Shown: piece after piece, positions 28,536-38,352 of the stretch | Position numbering within the stretch: position 1 is the stretch's first letter | Layout: each line of letters starts with the position of its first letter | NCBI GenBank assembly: GCA_018653365.1 | Contig: JABIAG010000001.1 | Coordinates: 352,001-416,000, forward strand | From: Candidatus Woesearchaeota archaeon | GTDB lineage: Archaea; Nanobdellota; Nanobdellia; Woesearchaeales; JABIAG01 | Direction of reading: 5' to 3' | DNA: 64,000 nt | Translations under genes and position numbers: made by a program | Notes under the pieces: model-generated | Told to the model about the DNA's origin: nothing | What the model saw: the letters and a program-made list of their open reading frames with translations, nothing else | Database searches by the model: none

Positions 28536-30335
28536 ATGATGAGTGAAAAGGCAAATGCAGATATATTACTAGAAGTAAGTTGGGAAGTTTGTAATAAAGT
28601 TGGTGGAATAAACACGGTTATTAAATCAAAAACTCCCCGAATACTTGAACAGTATGGAGATAAAAAATATATTGCCATAGGCCCATATTTTGCAAATAAA
28701 GTTGCTGGAGAGTTCGAAGAGCTTCCTCACCCAAAAACATTTCACAAAATATGTAATGATCTTGAAAAAGAAGGAATAAAGTTACATTTTGGAAAATGGC
28801 TCATAAAAGGCGAACCTAAAACAATTCTACTAGATTTTCAAGATTATCTCAAGGCTGGAGACCAAATAAAAAAAGAGTTATGGGAAAAAAATGGCATAGA
28901 TTCATTACGATCAGGATCAGATTATGGAGACCCCTTAATCTGGGGATATGCTGTAGGAAAGGTAATACAAAAAATAACTACTATTTTTCCAGACAAAAAA
29001 TTAGTTGCACAATTCCATGAATGGCTAGCAGGATCAGCACTACTTTATCTAAAAAATAATAATGTTAAAATCTCAACCGTGTTCACAACACACGCAACAA
29101 TACTTGGAAGAACACTAGCATCAAGCAATGTGGATCTGTATAAATATATCAAAAAATTTGATCCAACTAAAGAGGCATACAATTATGGAATAGAAGCCAA
29201 ATTTTTACTGGAAAAGCAAGCAGCACAAAAATCAGATGTGTTTACAACAGTATCAGAAATAACAGGAATTGAAGCACAATACTTACTTGGTAGAAAGCCA
29301 GATGTCTTATTACCTAACGGATTAGACATGGAAAAATTTCCTACTTTTGAAGAAGCATCAATACAACATAGAATTACGAGAAACAGAATAAAATCTTTCT
29401 TATCATACTACTTTTATCCCTATTATCAAGTTAATATGGGTGATGTGCTAATATACTTTTTAGCAGGAAGATACGAATTTAAAGATAAAGGAATAGATGT
29501 TTTCATCTCAGCATTATCAAAATTAAATGCTAAAATGAAAAAAGATAAGGTTAAAAAAACGGTAGTAGCATTCATTTGGGTTCCTGCAGATGCAGAAGCA
29601 ATTAAACAACAAATTTTGATTAACAAAACAAACTTTGGGGATATAAAAGACGAGCTAGCGGATGAAATGTCAGAAATAAATGAACGAATAATGTTTAACA
29701 TATTAGCGGGTAAAGAGATCAAAACTAGTACTATTTTTGATTCTGCATTTATTGCAACAACCAAGAAAAAAATAATGAAGTTTAAAGCAAAAGGTAACCC
29801 TGCAATGTCAACACACACATTGAGAAATAAAAATGACATAATCTTAAAAGAATTAGCAAAAGCAGGACTAGACAATTCTGAAAAAAATCCAGTGAAAGTA
29901 ATATTTTATCCAATATATTTAACTGGAGCAGATGGTTTGCTGGACTTGAACTATTATGAATGTATGCAGGGAAGTCATTTGGGAGTGTTCCCATCATTTT
30001 ATGAACCCTGGGGATATACACCACTAGAAGCAGGAGCACTAGGCACAAGTTCAGTAACAACAGACCTAGCAGGATTTGGAAGATACATACAAAAAACTAA
30101 ACTCAACCCAAAAACTCCCGGCGTTTTTGTACTAGAACGTGAAGGAAAAAGTGATGAAGCAATAAGTAATTCTTTAACTGACCTTATGTTCAAGTTTGCT
30201 AACTTTACTCGACATGAAAGAGTACAAAATAAAATTAATGCAAAAGCCATAGCTGCGAAAGCAGATTGGAAATTTTTAATTAAAGAATACATCAAAGCAC
30301 ATAATTTAGCATTGAGGAAGATAGATTGGACCTAA
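28536..30335 (+). CDS. Glycogen synthase, GT3 family
   Basis: EVSWEVCNKVGGI, FHEWLAG, FTTHATILGR, AGRYEFKDKG, GVFPSFYEPWGYTPLE. Confidence 0.94.
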   Translation: MMSEKANADILLEVSWEVCNKVGGINTVIKSKTPRILEQYGDKKYIAIGPYFANKVAGEFEELPHPKTFHKICNDLEKEGIKLHFGKWLIKGEPKTILLDFQDYLKAGDQIKKELWEKNGIDSLRSGSDYGDPLIWGYAVGKVIQKITTIFPDKKLVAQFHEWLAGSALLYLKNNNVKISTVFTTHATILGRTLASSNVDLYKYIKKFDPTKEAYNYGIEAKFLLEKQAAQKSDVFTTVSEITGIEAQYLLGRKPDVLLPNGLDMEKFPTFEEASIQHRITRNRIKSFLSYYFYPYYQVNMGDVLIYFLAGRYEFKDKGIDVFISALSKLNAKMKKDKVKKTVVAFIWVPADAEAIKQQILINKTNFGDIKDELADEMSEINERIMFNILAGKEIKTSTIFDSAFIATTKKKIMKFKAKGNPAMSTHTLRNKNDIILKELAKAGLDNSEKNPVKVIFYPIYLTGADGLLDLNYYECMQGSHLGVFPSFYEPWGYTPLEAGALGTSSVTTDLAGFGRYIQKTKLNPKTPGVFVLEREGKSDEAISNSLTDLMFKFANFTRHERVQNKINAKAIAAKADWKFLIKEYIKAHNLALRKIDWT

Positions 30336-31258
30336 GACGAGATTATTTTTTGGATAGATGGGTAATTATTAATCCTAAAAGAGGATTAAGACCACATCAG
30401 TTTACACATAAACCGAATCCAGGAAAAGCAAAAAAAGATTATTTTGCACCAGGAAATGAAATGACCACCCCAATGGAACTTGGGAGAGTTGGAACGGATA
30501 AAAAATGGGAAATAATGTGGTTCATGAATAAATTTCCAGCAGTACAAACAGACGGGGATTACACTATTCAAAGACACAACAAGTTTTACACTTTTTCTGC
30601 ATCATACGGGTGGCACGAAGTAATCGTTGAAACACCTTCAGGAACAAAACAATTATACAGTTTTACAAAAAAACAAGTAATGAAGCTATTGCGCGTGTAT
30701 CAACAAAGGATCAAGGACGTACGTGGAAAAGAGGGAGTCAAATATGCCTCTCTGTTTAAAAATCATGGACCTGATGCAGGAACATCAATCGCGCACTCAC
30801 ATTCACAATTAATCGGCTATAATTTAGTGCCTGAAATAATAAAGCAAAAGTTAAAAAAATCACGAAAACACGGAAAGTGTTTGTATTGTGAAGTAATAGA
30901 GGCAGAAAAAGATTCTGATCGAAGATGTTTTGAAAATGAAATGTTTATAGCCTTTACTCCTTACGCATCTAGATTTAATTATGAAATTTGGCTAATGCCT
31001 AAAAAACACATATCTGACTTTAGTAAGTTAAATCCTTGGCAACTAGACCAATTTTGTGATATATTTATGTTAATCTTAAAGAAATTAAAGAAAATAGGGT
31101 GTAGCTTTAATTTTTACTTTCAAAATTATGGCAAAATGCACTTTCATGTCGAGTTTTGTCCACGTATAGCAACCTGGGCAGGATTTGAATTTTCAACAGA
31201 CACAATTATTAACTCAATGTCACCAGAAGAAGCAGCAAAGTTTTATCGGGATAAATAA
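30326..31258 (+). CDS. galT: Galactose-1-phosphate uridylyltransferase-like (GalT/HIT) nucleotidyltransferase
   Basis: RWVII..KRGLRP, NKFPA, HEVIVETP, FKNHG..AGTSIAHSHSQ, CLYC. Confidence 0.88.
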   Translation: MDLRRDYFLDRWVIINPKRGLRPHQFTHKPNPGKAKKDYFAPGNEMTTPMELGRVGTDKKWEIMWFMNKFPAVQTDGDYTIQRHNKFYTFSASYGWHEVIVETPSGTKQLYSFTKKQVMKLLRVYQQRIKDVRGKEGVKYASLFKNHGPDAGTSIAHSHSQLIGYNLVPEIIKQKLKKSRKHGKCLYCEVIEAEKDSDRRCFENEMFIAFTPYASRFNYEIWLMPKKHISDFSKLNPWQLDQFCDIFMLILKKLKKIGCSFNFYFQNYGKMHFHVEFCPRIATWAGFEFSTDTIINSMSPEEAAKFYRDK

Positions 31259-31273
31259 TTTTTTGGGGGAATT

Positions 31274-32983
31274 ATGAAGGTAACTTACAAACTAGGACAG
31301 CATGCCCTTTCTAAAGAAGGCAACGGAAACTTACTTTTAACTAATTCAAAAGGGGGATTTCTTAATTTAGGCCAGCCAACATCTAAGTTTCAGGGCTGGT
31401 TCATAAAAGATTCTGGAGTGTTTAAAATACTTGAAGAAATTAAATTAGAGGGAGAGGTTAAAGAGCTTATTAGTGAAGTATACCAAATAAAGCGTAAGAA
31501 AAGTGTTACAGAAAGTTATATGCTACCTAAAAACTTTAATTCATTAGTTTACGAACTTAGTAAAGAGAGCGAGGTAGAATTAGTATTTGATGTACGAAAA
31601 GCATACGATCTTTCTGAAGAGGGAAGAGAATATAAACTAGATAAATACGGGAAAAAAATAATTCTTTGTTATCCAAAAGAAAAGATTTACGTTGTTATCG
31701 GGAATGTTAGTAAGTTTGAAGAAAAAAATGAATGGAAGGAATATGCGTATTTAGAAGATGAAAAAAGAAATTCCCCTCCCTTCTCAAGATATAATTATCT
31801 TGCACTGAAGTTCAAATGTAAAAAAATAGTAATAACTGCAGGATGTAATAGAGTAAAAGTATTAGAAGAAAACGAACTAATCTTAAAAGACTTAAATAAA
31901 ATAAAAAAAGCAGAAAAAAATTCTGTTAAACTTGTTTCTAAAGCTAAAAAGAATTTTGCAGTTAATCTAGCATCCAATTCAGTACTTGGACTTGTTGTAG
32001 AAGAGGGGATATACGCAGGGCTTCCTTGGTTCTTTCAAAAATGGACAAGAGATGAAATGATCTCACTCAAGTCACTAACATTAATTGGAGAAGAACAACT
32101 AACCAAAAAAATATTATTAGAACGAATAAAACAAATTAATAGCAATGGAAGGTTGCCAAACCGAATAGGGTTAGATGGGCTGGACTCTGCAGACTCAATA
32201 GGCTGGATGTTTCTACGATTTAATGATGTAATGAAATTACTTGATAAAAAAGAAAAAGAATTACTGAAAGTAGGATTAAAAAATTCAATAGAATTGATAA
32301 TCAAAAACTATCATTTACACGGATTTTTTGTTAATGGACCAAAAGAAACCTGGATGGATACAGACTTTGGAGGAGATGTGCGGGGAGGGGTTCGTATTGA
32401 GATACAAGCACTAATGATAAACATGTTTGATCTTACGTTTAAGTTAACTAAATCTCAAATTTATGGAAAGCTACGTGATAGTTTAATACATAATGTTAAA
32501 GAGAAAATGTTTGATGGCATGTTACACGATGGAGCAGGGGACAGGACTGTACGTCCAAACGTGTTTATTGCGTATTATGTTTATCCCAAATTGTTAAGTA
32601 AGAAAGAGTGGGGTATAGTTTTTGAAACTGCTTTAGATAAATTATGGTTAGACTGGGGTGGACTGAGTACAATAGATAAGAATAATTTATTATTTTGTTC
32701 CGAATACACTGGTGAGGATAATAAAAGTTATCATCGAGGGGATAGTTGGTATTGGATAAATTGTTTAGCTGCAGTATGTATGCTAAAAGTTAATAAGAAA
32801 AAGTTCAAAGCATATGTTGATATGATATATTCTGCTACTGAACAGAATATTTTGTTGCAAGGTGGATTGGGATGTTGTTCGGAAGTAAGTTCTGCTTCTA
32901 GTCAGACTGCAGATGGTTGCTTAAACCAAGCCTGGAGTAACGCAATGTTTATAGAGTTATGGAAAGAACTTAATAAAAAATGA
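31274..32983 (+). CDS. Amylo-alpha-1,6-glucosidase (glycogen debranching enzyme, GH133-like)
   Basis: YAGLPWFFQKWTRDEMISL, DSADS, ETWMDT, RPNVF, YHRGDSW, QAWS. Confidence 0.88.
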   Translation: MKVTYKLGQHALSKEGNGNLLLTNSKGGFLNLGQPTSKFQGWFIKDSGVFKILEEIKLEGEVKELISEVYQIKRKKSVTESYMLPKNFNSLVYELSKESEVELVFDVRKAYDLSEEGREYKLDKYGKKIILCYPKEKIYVVIGNVSKFEEKNEWKEYAYLEDEKRNSPPFSRYNYLALKFKCKKIVITAGCNRVKVLEENELILKDLNKIKKAEKNSVKLVSKAKKNFAVNLASNSVLGLVVEEGIYAGLPWFFQKWTRDEMISLKSLTLIGEEQLTKKILLERIKQINSNGRLPNRIGLDGLDSADSIGWMFLRFNDVMKLLDKKEKELLKVGLKNSIELIIKNYHLHGFFVNGPKETWMDTDFGGDVRGGVRIEIQALMINMFDLTFKLTKSQIYGKLRDSLIHNVKEKMFDGMLHDGAGDRTVRPNVFIAYYVYPKLLSKKEWGIVFETALDKLWLDWGGLSTIDKNNLLFCSEYTGEDNKSYHRGDSWYWINCLAAVCMLKVNKKKFKAYVDMIYSATEQNILLQGGLGCCSEVSSASSQTADGCLNQAWSNAMFIELWKELNKK

Positions 32984-33915
32984 AACTCGGAAGTCTAACA
33001 GTTAAAAACAAATTTCTTTTAGCACCAATGGATATGTATGCAGATAGTGCATTTCGTAAATTATGTCATGATTATAACTGTGGATATTCTTGTACTGAAT
33101 TAATCGCGACAGCAGGCTTTATACGTAAAAATGAAAGCTTTAGACGAAAAGTTGATCTGCACGTTAAAGGTGGGTTACAATTTGTTACTAATTCTACTTC
33201 TGAACTAAAAGAATCCATAAGAATAGTAAACGAAAAAGAATTTTATGCAGGATTAGGTAATGTAAATTGTATAGACATTAATTTAGGATGTCCTTCCCTG
33301 AAAATGATGAATCAGAATATGGGCTCAGCATTACTAAACCAACCAAAATTAGTTCGTTCATTGTTTAAGGTAATGAAAAAACATTCTTCTCTTTCTGTAT
33401 CTGCTAAGATTCGTTTAGCTATTAATTCCAAACACAAAAAACAATCCAAACCTTATCTGAAAATAGCACAAATAGCAAAAGAAGAAGGCATAGATTTTAT
33501 TATAGTTCATGGTCGAACAGCTGGACAAATGTACTCGGGAGAGGTAGATGTTGAGGCAATTAAAGAGTTGAGTGAAAAAGTAGATATTCCGTTAGTTGGA
33601 AATGGGAATATAATTGATGAAGAAAGTTGTAACAACTTTGAATTTTGCGATGCCGTAATGATTGGAAGAGAGGCACTGAAACGACCGTTCATATTTTCAT
33701 TGTTACAGGGTAAAAAGTTTGATGATGAAAAAGAGAAGAAAAAATGTGTTAAACAGTATTTGAAGTATGCAAAAGAGTTAGATACTGGATTTCAACACAT
33801 AAAAATTCACACTCAAGCATTTTTGAGAGGAATAGAGGGAAGTAAAGAGATCATTCGTGCACTAACTCATACAAAAACACTTGAAGATATTAAAGAATGC
33901 CTAAAACAACTATAA
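32980..33915 (+). CDS. dus: tRNA-dihydrouridine synthase family protein
   Basis: LAPM, IDINLGCP, GSALL, SAKIR, VHGRT, GNGNI, VMIGR. Confidence 0.92.
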   Translation: MKLGSLTVKNKFLLAPMDMYADSAFRKLCHDYNCGYSCTELIATAGFIRKNESFRRKVDLHVKGGLQFVTNSTSELKESIRIVNEKEFYAGLGNVNCIDINLGCPSLKMMNQNMGSALLNQPKLVRSLFKVMKKHSSLSVSAKIRLAINSKHKKQSKPYLKIAQIAKEEGIDFIIVHGRTAGQMYSGEVDVEAIKELSEKVDIPLVGNGNIIDEESCNNFEFCDAVMIGREALKRPFIFSLLQGKKFDDEKEKKKCVKQYLKYAKELDTGFQHIKIHTQAFLRGIEGSKEIIRALTHTKTLEDIKECLKQL

Positions 33916-34954
33916 TTCCTAAAAGTAACATTACTATCCCCGCAATTAAATGAAGCATTCTAAGATTTTTATCTTTCCAAGCATTAGCTTTTTTAACATC
34001 GGTTTTACCTATTGAAATAAGTACTGTGATAACAATTAAAGGAATTACAAAAAATAAATTATAAATTAAAAGAATGGGGATTGCACTCATTCGAGTAGTT
34101 TTTTCTGCTAATAGCCCTAAAATAAATAAGTATGGGCCACCGGTACAAGGGAGTTCAAATAAACAAACAACAAAACCAATAAGGAAAGCCCCCCAGGGAG
34201 TTGTAACCTTTCTTAGTAATTTTTTAAGCGTAGGACGCCATTTTCGAGGAATTTCCATAACAAATCCTAACTTGGCATACCAAAAGTAATCTTTTAAATT
34301 AGCTAAACCAATAAGTATTGCAAGAACGCCCACAATTTTATAAAACCATAATGACAAACCACTAACTTGAATGGCAGAAAAAAGACCTAAACCAAATAAA
34401 AAATAAATTACATAAATTGCAATGGTAAATGCAAAGCCTGCTTTTATGGCTCGCTTTTTATTACCTGCAGCTAAAAGAGCACTTAATAATATGAGTAAAA
34501 CAGCAATAGCACAGGGATTGATGGAATCAACTAGTGCAGCACCAATAACAGTTAATAAAGAAAGAGACGAAATTTCTTGTTTTTCTGTTTGATTTAATAA
34601 GGGACAAGAAATTCCTGGATTGTTTTTGATGACGGGTTTTAGTTTTGAATTAATCATGGAATCGCCAATGAGAATTTCATCTCCAACAATTACTGTTGGA
34701 ACACCACGAAGATCTTTATCAACATCAAATTGATTAAAAAAATTTTGTAACAACCCAATATTTGATCTATTATTATAAATCTCAAAAACATGTACTTCAA
34801 CAGAGGAATTTGCTTTTAATTCATCCATTAAGGGATATGCTTTAGCACAATGTTGACAACCATCTCCATGAAAAAAATAAACACAGGTATCTGCTAGAGC
34901 AATTCCTGAAAAGATAATAATAAAAATTAGGGGTATGATGATTTTGAGTTTCAT
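33890..34954 (-). CDS. Thioredoxin-domain / CcdA-type cytochrome c biogenesis membrane protein
   Basis: GCQHC, GVP, VDSINPCA, ELPCTGGPY, 6 TM. Confidence 0.88.
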   Translation of the reverse strand: MKLKIIIPLIFIIIFSGIALADTCVYFFHGDGCQHCAKAYPLMDELKANSSVEVHVFEIYNNRSNIGLLQNFFNQFDVDKDLRGVPTVIVGDEILIGDSMINSKLKPVIKNNPGISCPLLNQTEKQEISSLSLLTVIGAALVDSINPCAIAVLLILLSALLAAGNKKRAIKAGFAFTIAIYVIYFLFGLGLFSAIQVSGLSLWFYKIVGVLAILIGLANLKDYFWYAKLGFVMEIPRKWRPTLKKLLRKVTTPWGAFLIGFVVCLFELPCTGGPYLFILGLLAEKTTRMSAIPILLIYNLFFVIPLIVITVLISIGKTDVKKANAWKDKNLRMLHLIAGIVMLLLGIIVVLGIL

Positions 34955-35244
34955 TTTAGTTTAAAATTGCCGCCCTCAATCTTAATGGCTTTACCATTAA
35001 CAATTGCATCTGCGACTTTTTTTCTTGCCAACTTTACTAACCGATGAAAAGTGGGTTGAGATATGTTCATCTTATCTGCTGCGTCATTCTGATCTAATTC
35101 TTCTAAATCGTTTAATCTTAATGCTTCAAATTCTCCCAGGGTTAAGATGGAATAATCTAGTTTGTGCATTCTTACTCCTGCGGGTTTAAAAAAGTTAGAA
35201 TGAGGCATTTGCCCCACTCTCCTACACATTTTTGGACGTGGCAT
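34951..35244 (-). CDS. DUF134 HTH protein (UPF0251)
   Basis: MPRPKMCRRV, FKPAG, EFEALRLND, QNDAADKMNISQPTFHR..ARKKVADAIVNGKAIKIEGG. Confidence 0.93.
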   Translation of the reverse strand: MPRPKMCRRVGQMPHSNFFKPAGVRMHKLDYSILTLGEFEALRLNDLEELDQNDAADKMNISQPTFHRLVKLARKKVADAIVNGKAIKIEGGNFKLK

Positions 35245-35246
35245 TT

Positions 35247-35411
35247 TTATTCATCAATTGCTTTAGCAAAGCAGACCTCTATGCACTGTTTGCAATTATT
35301 ACACTTTTTTTTGTTAATAATTGCTTTGCCGTTTTCAACAGTTATTGCGTCTTTTGGACATACGGCAGCACAAGCTCCACAACCAAAACATTTATCGTTT
35401 ATTGTAGGCAT
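35247..35411 (-). CDS. 2x[4Fe-4S] ferredoxin (absent from ORF track)
   Basis: MPTINDKCFGCGACAAVCPKDAI...KCNNCKQCIEVCFAKAIDE; two CxxCxxCxxxC motifs. Confidence 0.92.
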   Translation of the reverse strand: MPTINDKCFGCGACAAVCPKDAITVENGKAIINKKKCNNCKQCIEVCFAKAIDE

Positions 35412-35412
35412 T

Positions 35413-35664
35413 TTAGTTTAACTCCTTTAATTGTTTTTCGATTTCTTCTTGTTCTGCGTTGAGTTCAGCAAGTTCAGCTTCAAGAATTTTTTTCTTTTGT
35501 TCAGAACTAAATTCTATGGTTCTGGCAAAACCTCGACCAAAACCTCTTCCTCTACCGCAAGGTCCAAATCCTCGTCCACGAGAAAGTGCACCTTCACAAT
35601 TTCCGAGTTGTCTTCCTGTTAATTTTCCTTTACCGGCAGGGCCGGTTCCATCTAATCTTGGCAT
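35413..35664 (-). CDS. DUF5320 family protein
   Basis: MPRLDGTGPAGKGKLTGRQLGNC, GRGRGFGRG, C-terminal coiled coil; GGAGG SD. Confidence 0.88.
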   Translation of the reverse strand: MPRLDGTGPAGKGKLTGRQLGNCEGALSRGRGFGPCGRGRGFGRGFARTIEFSSEQKKKILEAELAELNAEQEEIEKQLKELN

Positions 35665-35680
35665 TTTATTTTTCCTCCGT

Positions 35681-35755
35681 TTATTTACATGGGCCTTTTT
35701 TTCGCCCTGTTTTTGGTCCTTCTCCATCTGGTCCTGTTCCATCTCTATTTGGCAT
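35681..35755 (-). CDS. 24-aa microprotein consisting only of the DUF5320 N-terminal motif (absent from ORF track)
   Basis: MPNRDGTGPDGEGPKTGRKKGPCK; strong GGAGGT SD; first gene of the operon. Confidence 0.75.
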   Translation of the reverse strand: MPNRDGTGPDGEGPKTGRKKGPCK

Positions 35756-35768
35756 TTTATTTACCTCC

Positions 35769-35813
35769 ATAATGAATCCATATTCATTATTAGTAATGAA
35801 TACTAATTCATAA
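35769..35813. promoter_or_regulatory. Tandem palindromic operators ATGAAT-N4-ATTCAT
   Basis: ATAATGAAT-CCAT-ATTCATTAT (35769-35790) and TAATGAAT-ACTA-ATTCATAA (35794-35813), between the minus-strand TATA box (about 35817-35824) and the SD. Confidence 0.65.
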
Positions 35814-35878
35814 TACTATATAAAGCTTTTGTTTAAATTGTCAAAAAACATATAAATCAGGAATAAAGTCCGTTAGGC

Positions 35879-36283
35879 ATGAGATATCGAAAAGTATATG
35901 GGCAAAGTAAGGTTGCAACTTGTATGTTCTGTTCAAAACAGGCAACAACTCAAAACGAACAAGAAATTCCTGTCTGTATAGCTCATAAAAATTCTGAATT
36001 AAACGCGTTTAAGTGCGCATGTGGCGACTATCTTGATTTAATGCATGGAAAGTATGGTCCTTTTTTTAAATGCGAAAGATGCGGCCTAATTAACATGAAA
36101 AAAGCATTAGAACTGAATGAAATAAAAGATTTAAGTGAACAGGCTGAGACAGTAGAAAAAACAACGAATGATACTTCTTCTGAGTCTCAGGATAAGCCTA
36201 AGAAAGTAAACTTATTTGGTGAAGAAGATCCAGAAAATGCAGAAGAGATAGTACTGCCTGGAGATCCAATGTACTTTGATTAA
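35879..36283 (+). CDS. Hypothetical zinc-binding protein
   Basis: CMFC..C..H and CAC...GKYGPFFKCERC motifs; acidic tail. Confidence 0.75.
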   Translation: MRYRKVYGQSKVATCMFCSKQATTQNEQEIPVCIAHKNSELNAFKCACGDYLDLMHGKYGPFFKCERCGLINMKKALELNEIKDLSEQAETVEKTTNDTSSESQDKPKKVNLFGEEDPENAEEIVLPGDPMYFD

Positions 36284-36329
36284 AACATTAAAACAAACTT
36301 TTATAAAGGCCTTCTAACTTAGTTGACAT

Positions 36330-36773
36330 ATGAAACTAATGAAAATAATGTGGATTCTTTTATTGTTCATAATTATTGTTGGATTGTTCTATCCTTTGGT
36401 GGGATGGATAGTTCCCGTATTAATGATTATCTTATTAGTTACTGCATTTAAGAGAAAAAGATATTTTTGTTCAACAATGTGTCCAAGAGGAAGTTTTCTC
36501 TCAATGTTTATCAGAACAAAACGAGCCTCACCAAAACTATTTCATAAAACAGGATTTAGGTTGGTAATATTATTAGTGTTCTTTGTACTGTTCACACTTA
36601 GAATGATGCGAACAGAAATGATATTGGAACAGCTAGGACTGGCATTTGTAATGATTTGTCTAGCATCAACAATACTCTCTGTAATCTTGGGACTAATCTA
36701 TAGTTCTAGAACCTGGTGTGTAATCTGCCCAATGGGACTAGTACAAGAAGGAATAAATAAAATTAAGAAATAA
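36330..36773 (+). CDS. Membrane 4Fe-4S binding protein (NapH/FixG-like CxxxCP)
   Basis: RYFCSTMCPRGS and RTWCVICPMG with 4 TM. Confidence 0.85.
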   Translation: MKLMKIMWILLLFIIIVGLFYPLVGWIVPVLMIILLVTAFKRKRYFCSTMCPRGSFLSMFIRTKRASPKLFHKTGFRLVILLVFFVLFTLRMMRTEMILEQLGLAFVMICLASTILSVILGLIYSSRTWCVICPMGLVQEGINKIKK

Positions 36774-36777
36774 GTTT

Positions 36778-37230
36778 TTAATCTTGTTCTAATAATCTAA
36801 AGTGATATTGGGGGGTAATTGCAGTAAAGTTTTGTTTAGCAAGAAATGCCAATGCGTGAGGATTACCTTGTTCAACAATCCAATATAGTGCTTTACATCC
36901 AATTTCTAACGCATCTTCTGTTAACCTTTTGAGCGTTGCAGAGCCAACTCCACACTGTCTTAAATGCGGATTTTTGTGGGTTGCTCTACCATTAGGGAAA
37001 AATAAGTTGATGTTAGCAAGAAGATCATCATGAGAAAGGCCTGCTGCAATAAGTTGCTGATATGAATTGGGTTGTTGTCGATCACTAACTGGACCAATAA
37101 TAACTTGAGCATCTCCAGTAGGTCTTGTAGGATCAGAAAAAGTGGTATTATAACAAAGTGTAGTTCGTTTTCCTACAAAAGGAACATATATTTCTCTTTC
37201 AGTTCTTGTAATATTAAATCTTGGAACCAT
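36778..37230 (-). CDS. GNAT family acetyltransferase-like protein
   Basis: Motif A PHLRQCGVGSATLK; motif B NPHALAFLAKQNF. Confidence 0.7.
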   Translation of the reverse strand: MVPRFNITRTEREIYVPFVGKRTTLCYNTTFSDPTRPTGDAQVIIGPVSDRQQPNSYQQLIAAGLSHDDLLANINLFFPNGRATHKNPHLRQCGVGSATLKRLTEDALEIGCKALYWIVEQGNPHALAFLAKQNFTAITPQYHFRLLEQD

Positions 37231-37231
37231 T

Positions 37232-38227
37232 TTAAGCACTCGCAGCAACTAAATACATTGACTGAGCCCAACCTAATGGAGTGTTCTCATTCTGAATAAT
37301 TGAGTTGCCTAAGTATAATTCGGGCATTTCTTTATCAGGTGTCATAACATCCAAAGTTTTACGCATATAATAAGCATACTTATCTGGCTTGTTAAGAACT
37401 TTATAAATTTGAGCTAACCAGGGAAAACCCATGGTCCAACTAGGTTCTTGACCATTATTGTAGTACAAATCTCCAACATAACGAATAACGCCTTGTTTTC
37501 GAACTAACTTATTCTCAATGTTAGTGAGTATTTGTTCAGCCTGTTCTTTAGAAACAATGTTATAGGGATATATTAATGAAAGTAATGCTAAATCACAATC
37601 TTTGGTTGCAGATTCATTAGGTAATAATTTGTTTAATGTTTCTTCTCCTTTTTTAATAAGTGAGAGAGGGACATTAACAATTTTTGAAATCTTTTTTAAA
37701 CCAGCAACGCAAGCACCAACGCTAGAAGCATGAACTTCTTCGTTTTCTTCCCACATACCATTATCTTTATCTTGCCAGTATTCGATTGATAATAAGTAAT
37801 CAACTAATTTCTGTAAAATTCTTCGATGAACATCACTTCTAATTATTTTAATGCCTTTTTCTTCTAATTCTCCAACTTTAAATAAGAAAGCACCAATAGC
37901 ATCATTCTGCTTATTGCCCCAATCTTCATAAATTTCATCAAAAGTAATTGGATCATAACGAGCATGAATGTATTGATATTTCTCAGTTGGTTTTTGTTTT
38001 ATTGCATGATCGATTTTATACTCGTGTTTTAAGAAAATCTCAAATAAAGCCCAAAACGCTTTCTTAACTTCTTTTAAATTTTTAGTAGCTTCTAAACCCA
38101 GACTTTCATAAATACAATCTCGGATCCAAGCTTTATTATACCCTGTAGAAACCTCTTTTTTACTAGCTGAAAATAGGCCTGAGGGATGTTGTAGTTCTTT
38201 TAATATGGTGATTGATTTTTCTATCAT
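37232..38227 (-). CDS. Glycoside hydrolase family 15 (glucoamylase-like)
   Basis: GLFSAS, YNKAWIRD, KQNDAIG, DNGMWEE, HASSVG, GVIRY.GD.Y, PLGWAQS. Confidence 0.88.
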   Translation of the reverse strand: MIEKSITILKELQHPSGLFSASKKEVSTGYNKAWIRDCIYESLGLEATKNLKEVKKAFWALFEIFLKHEYKIDHAIKQKPTEKYQYIHARYDPITFDEIYEDWGNKQNDAIGAFLFKVGELEEKGIKIIRSDVHRRILQKLVDYLLSIEYWQDKDNGMWEENEEVHASSVGACVAGLKKISKIVNVPLSLIKKGEETLNKLLPNESATKDCDLALLSLIYPYNIVSKEQAEQILTNIENKLVRKQGVIRYVGDLYYNNGQEPSWTMGFPWLAQIYKVLNKPDKYAYYMRKTLDVMTPDKEMPELYLGNSIIQNENTPLGWAQSMYLVAASA

Positions 38228-38244
38228 TTGTTCCTCTGTCTAGT

Positions 38245-38352
38245 TTATACTGTTGCTTCTTGTGATTCACTTGATTTAGTCCAACATTCATCACACATTG
38301 GTTGATCCAAGTAAATTATTTCAGCTTCTTTATTACATTTAACACATTTCAT
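38245..38352 (-). CDS. 35-aa zinc-finger microprotein (absent from ORF track)
   Basis: MKCVKCNKEAEIIYLDQPMCDECWTKSSESQEATV; ATGA overlap with the upstream stop; AGGAG SD. Confidence 0.7.
   Translation of the reverse strand: MKCVKCNKEAEIIYLDQPMCDECWTKSSESQEATV

Noticed and set aside
35164-35813. Several plus-strand ORFs and the 5' extension of 35413..35742
   Set aside because: Shadows of the minus-strand operon; SD positions support starts at 35755, 35664 and 35411
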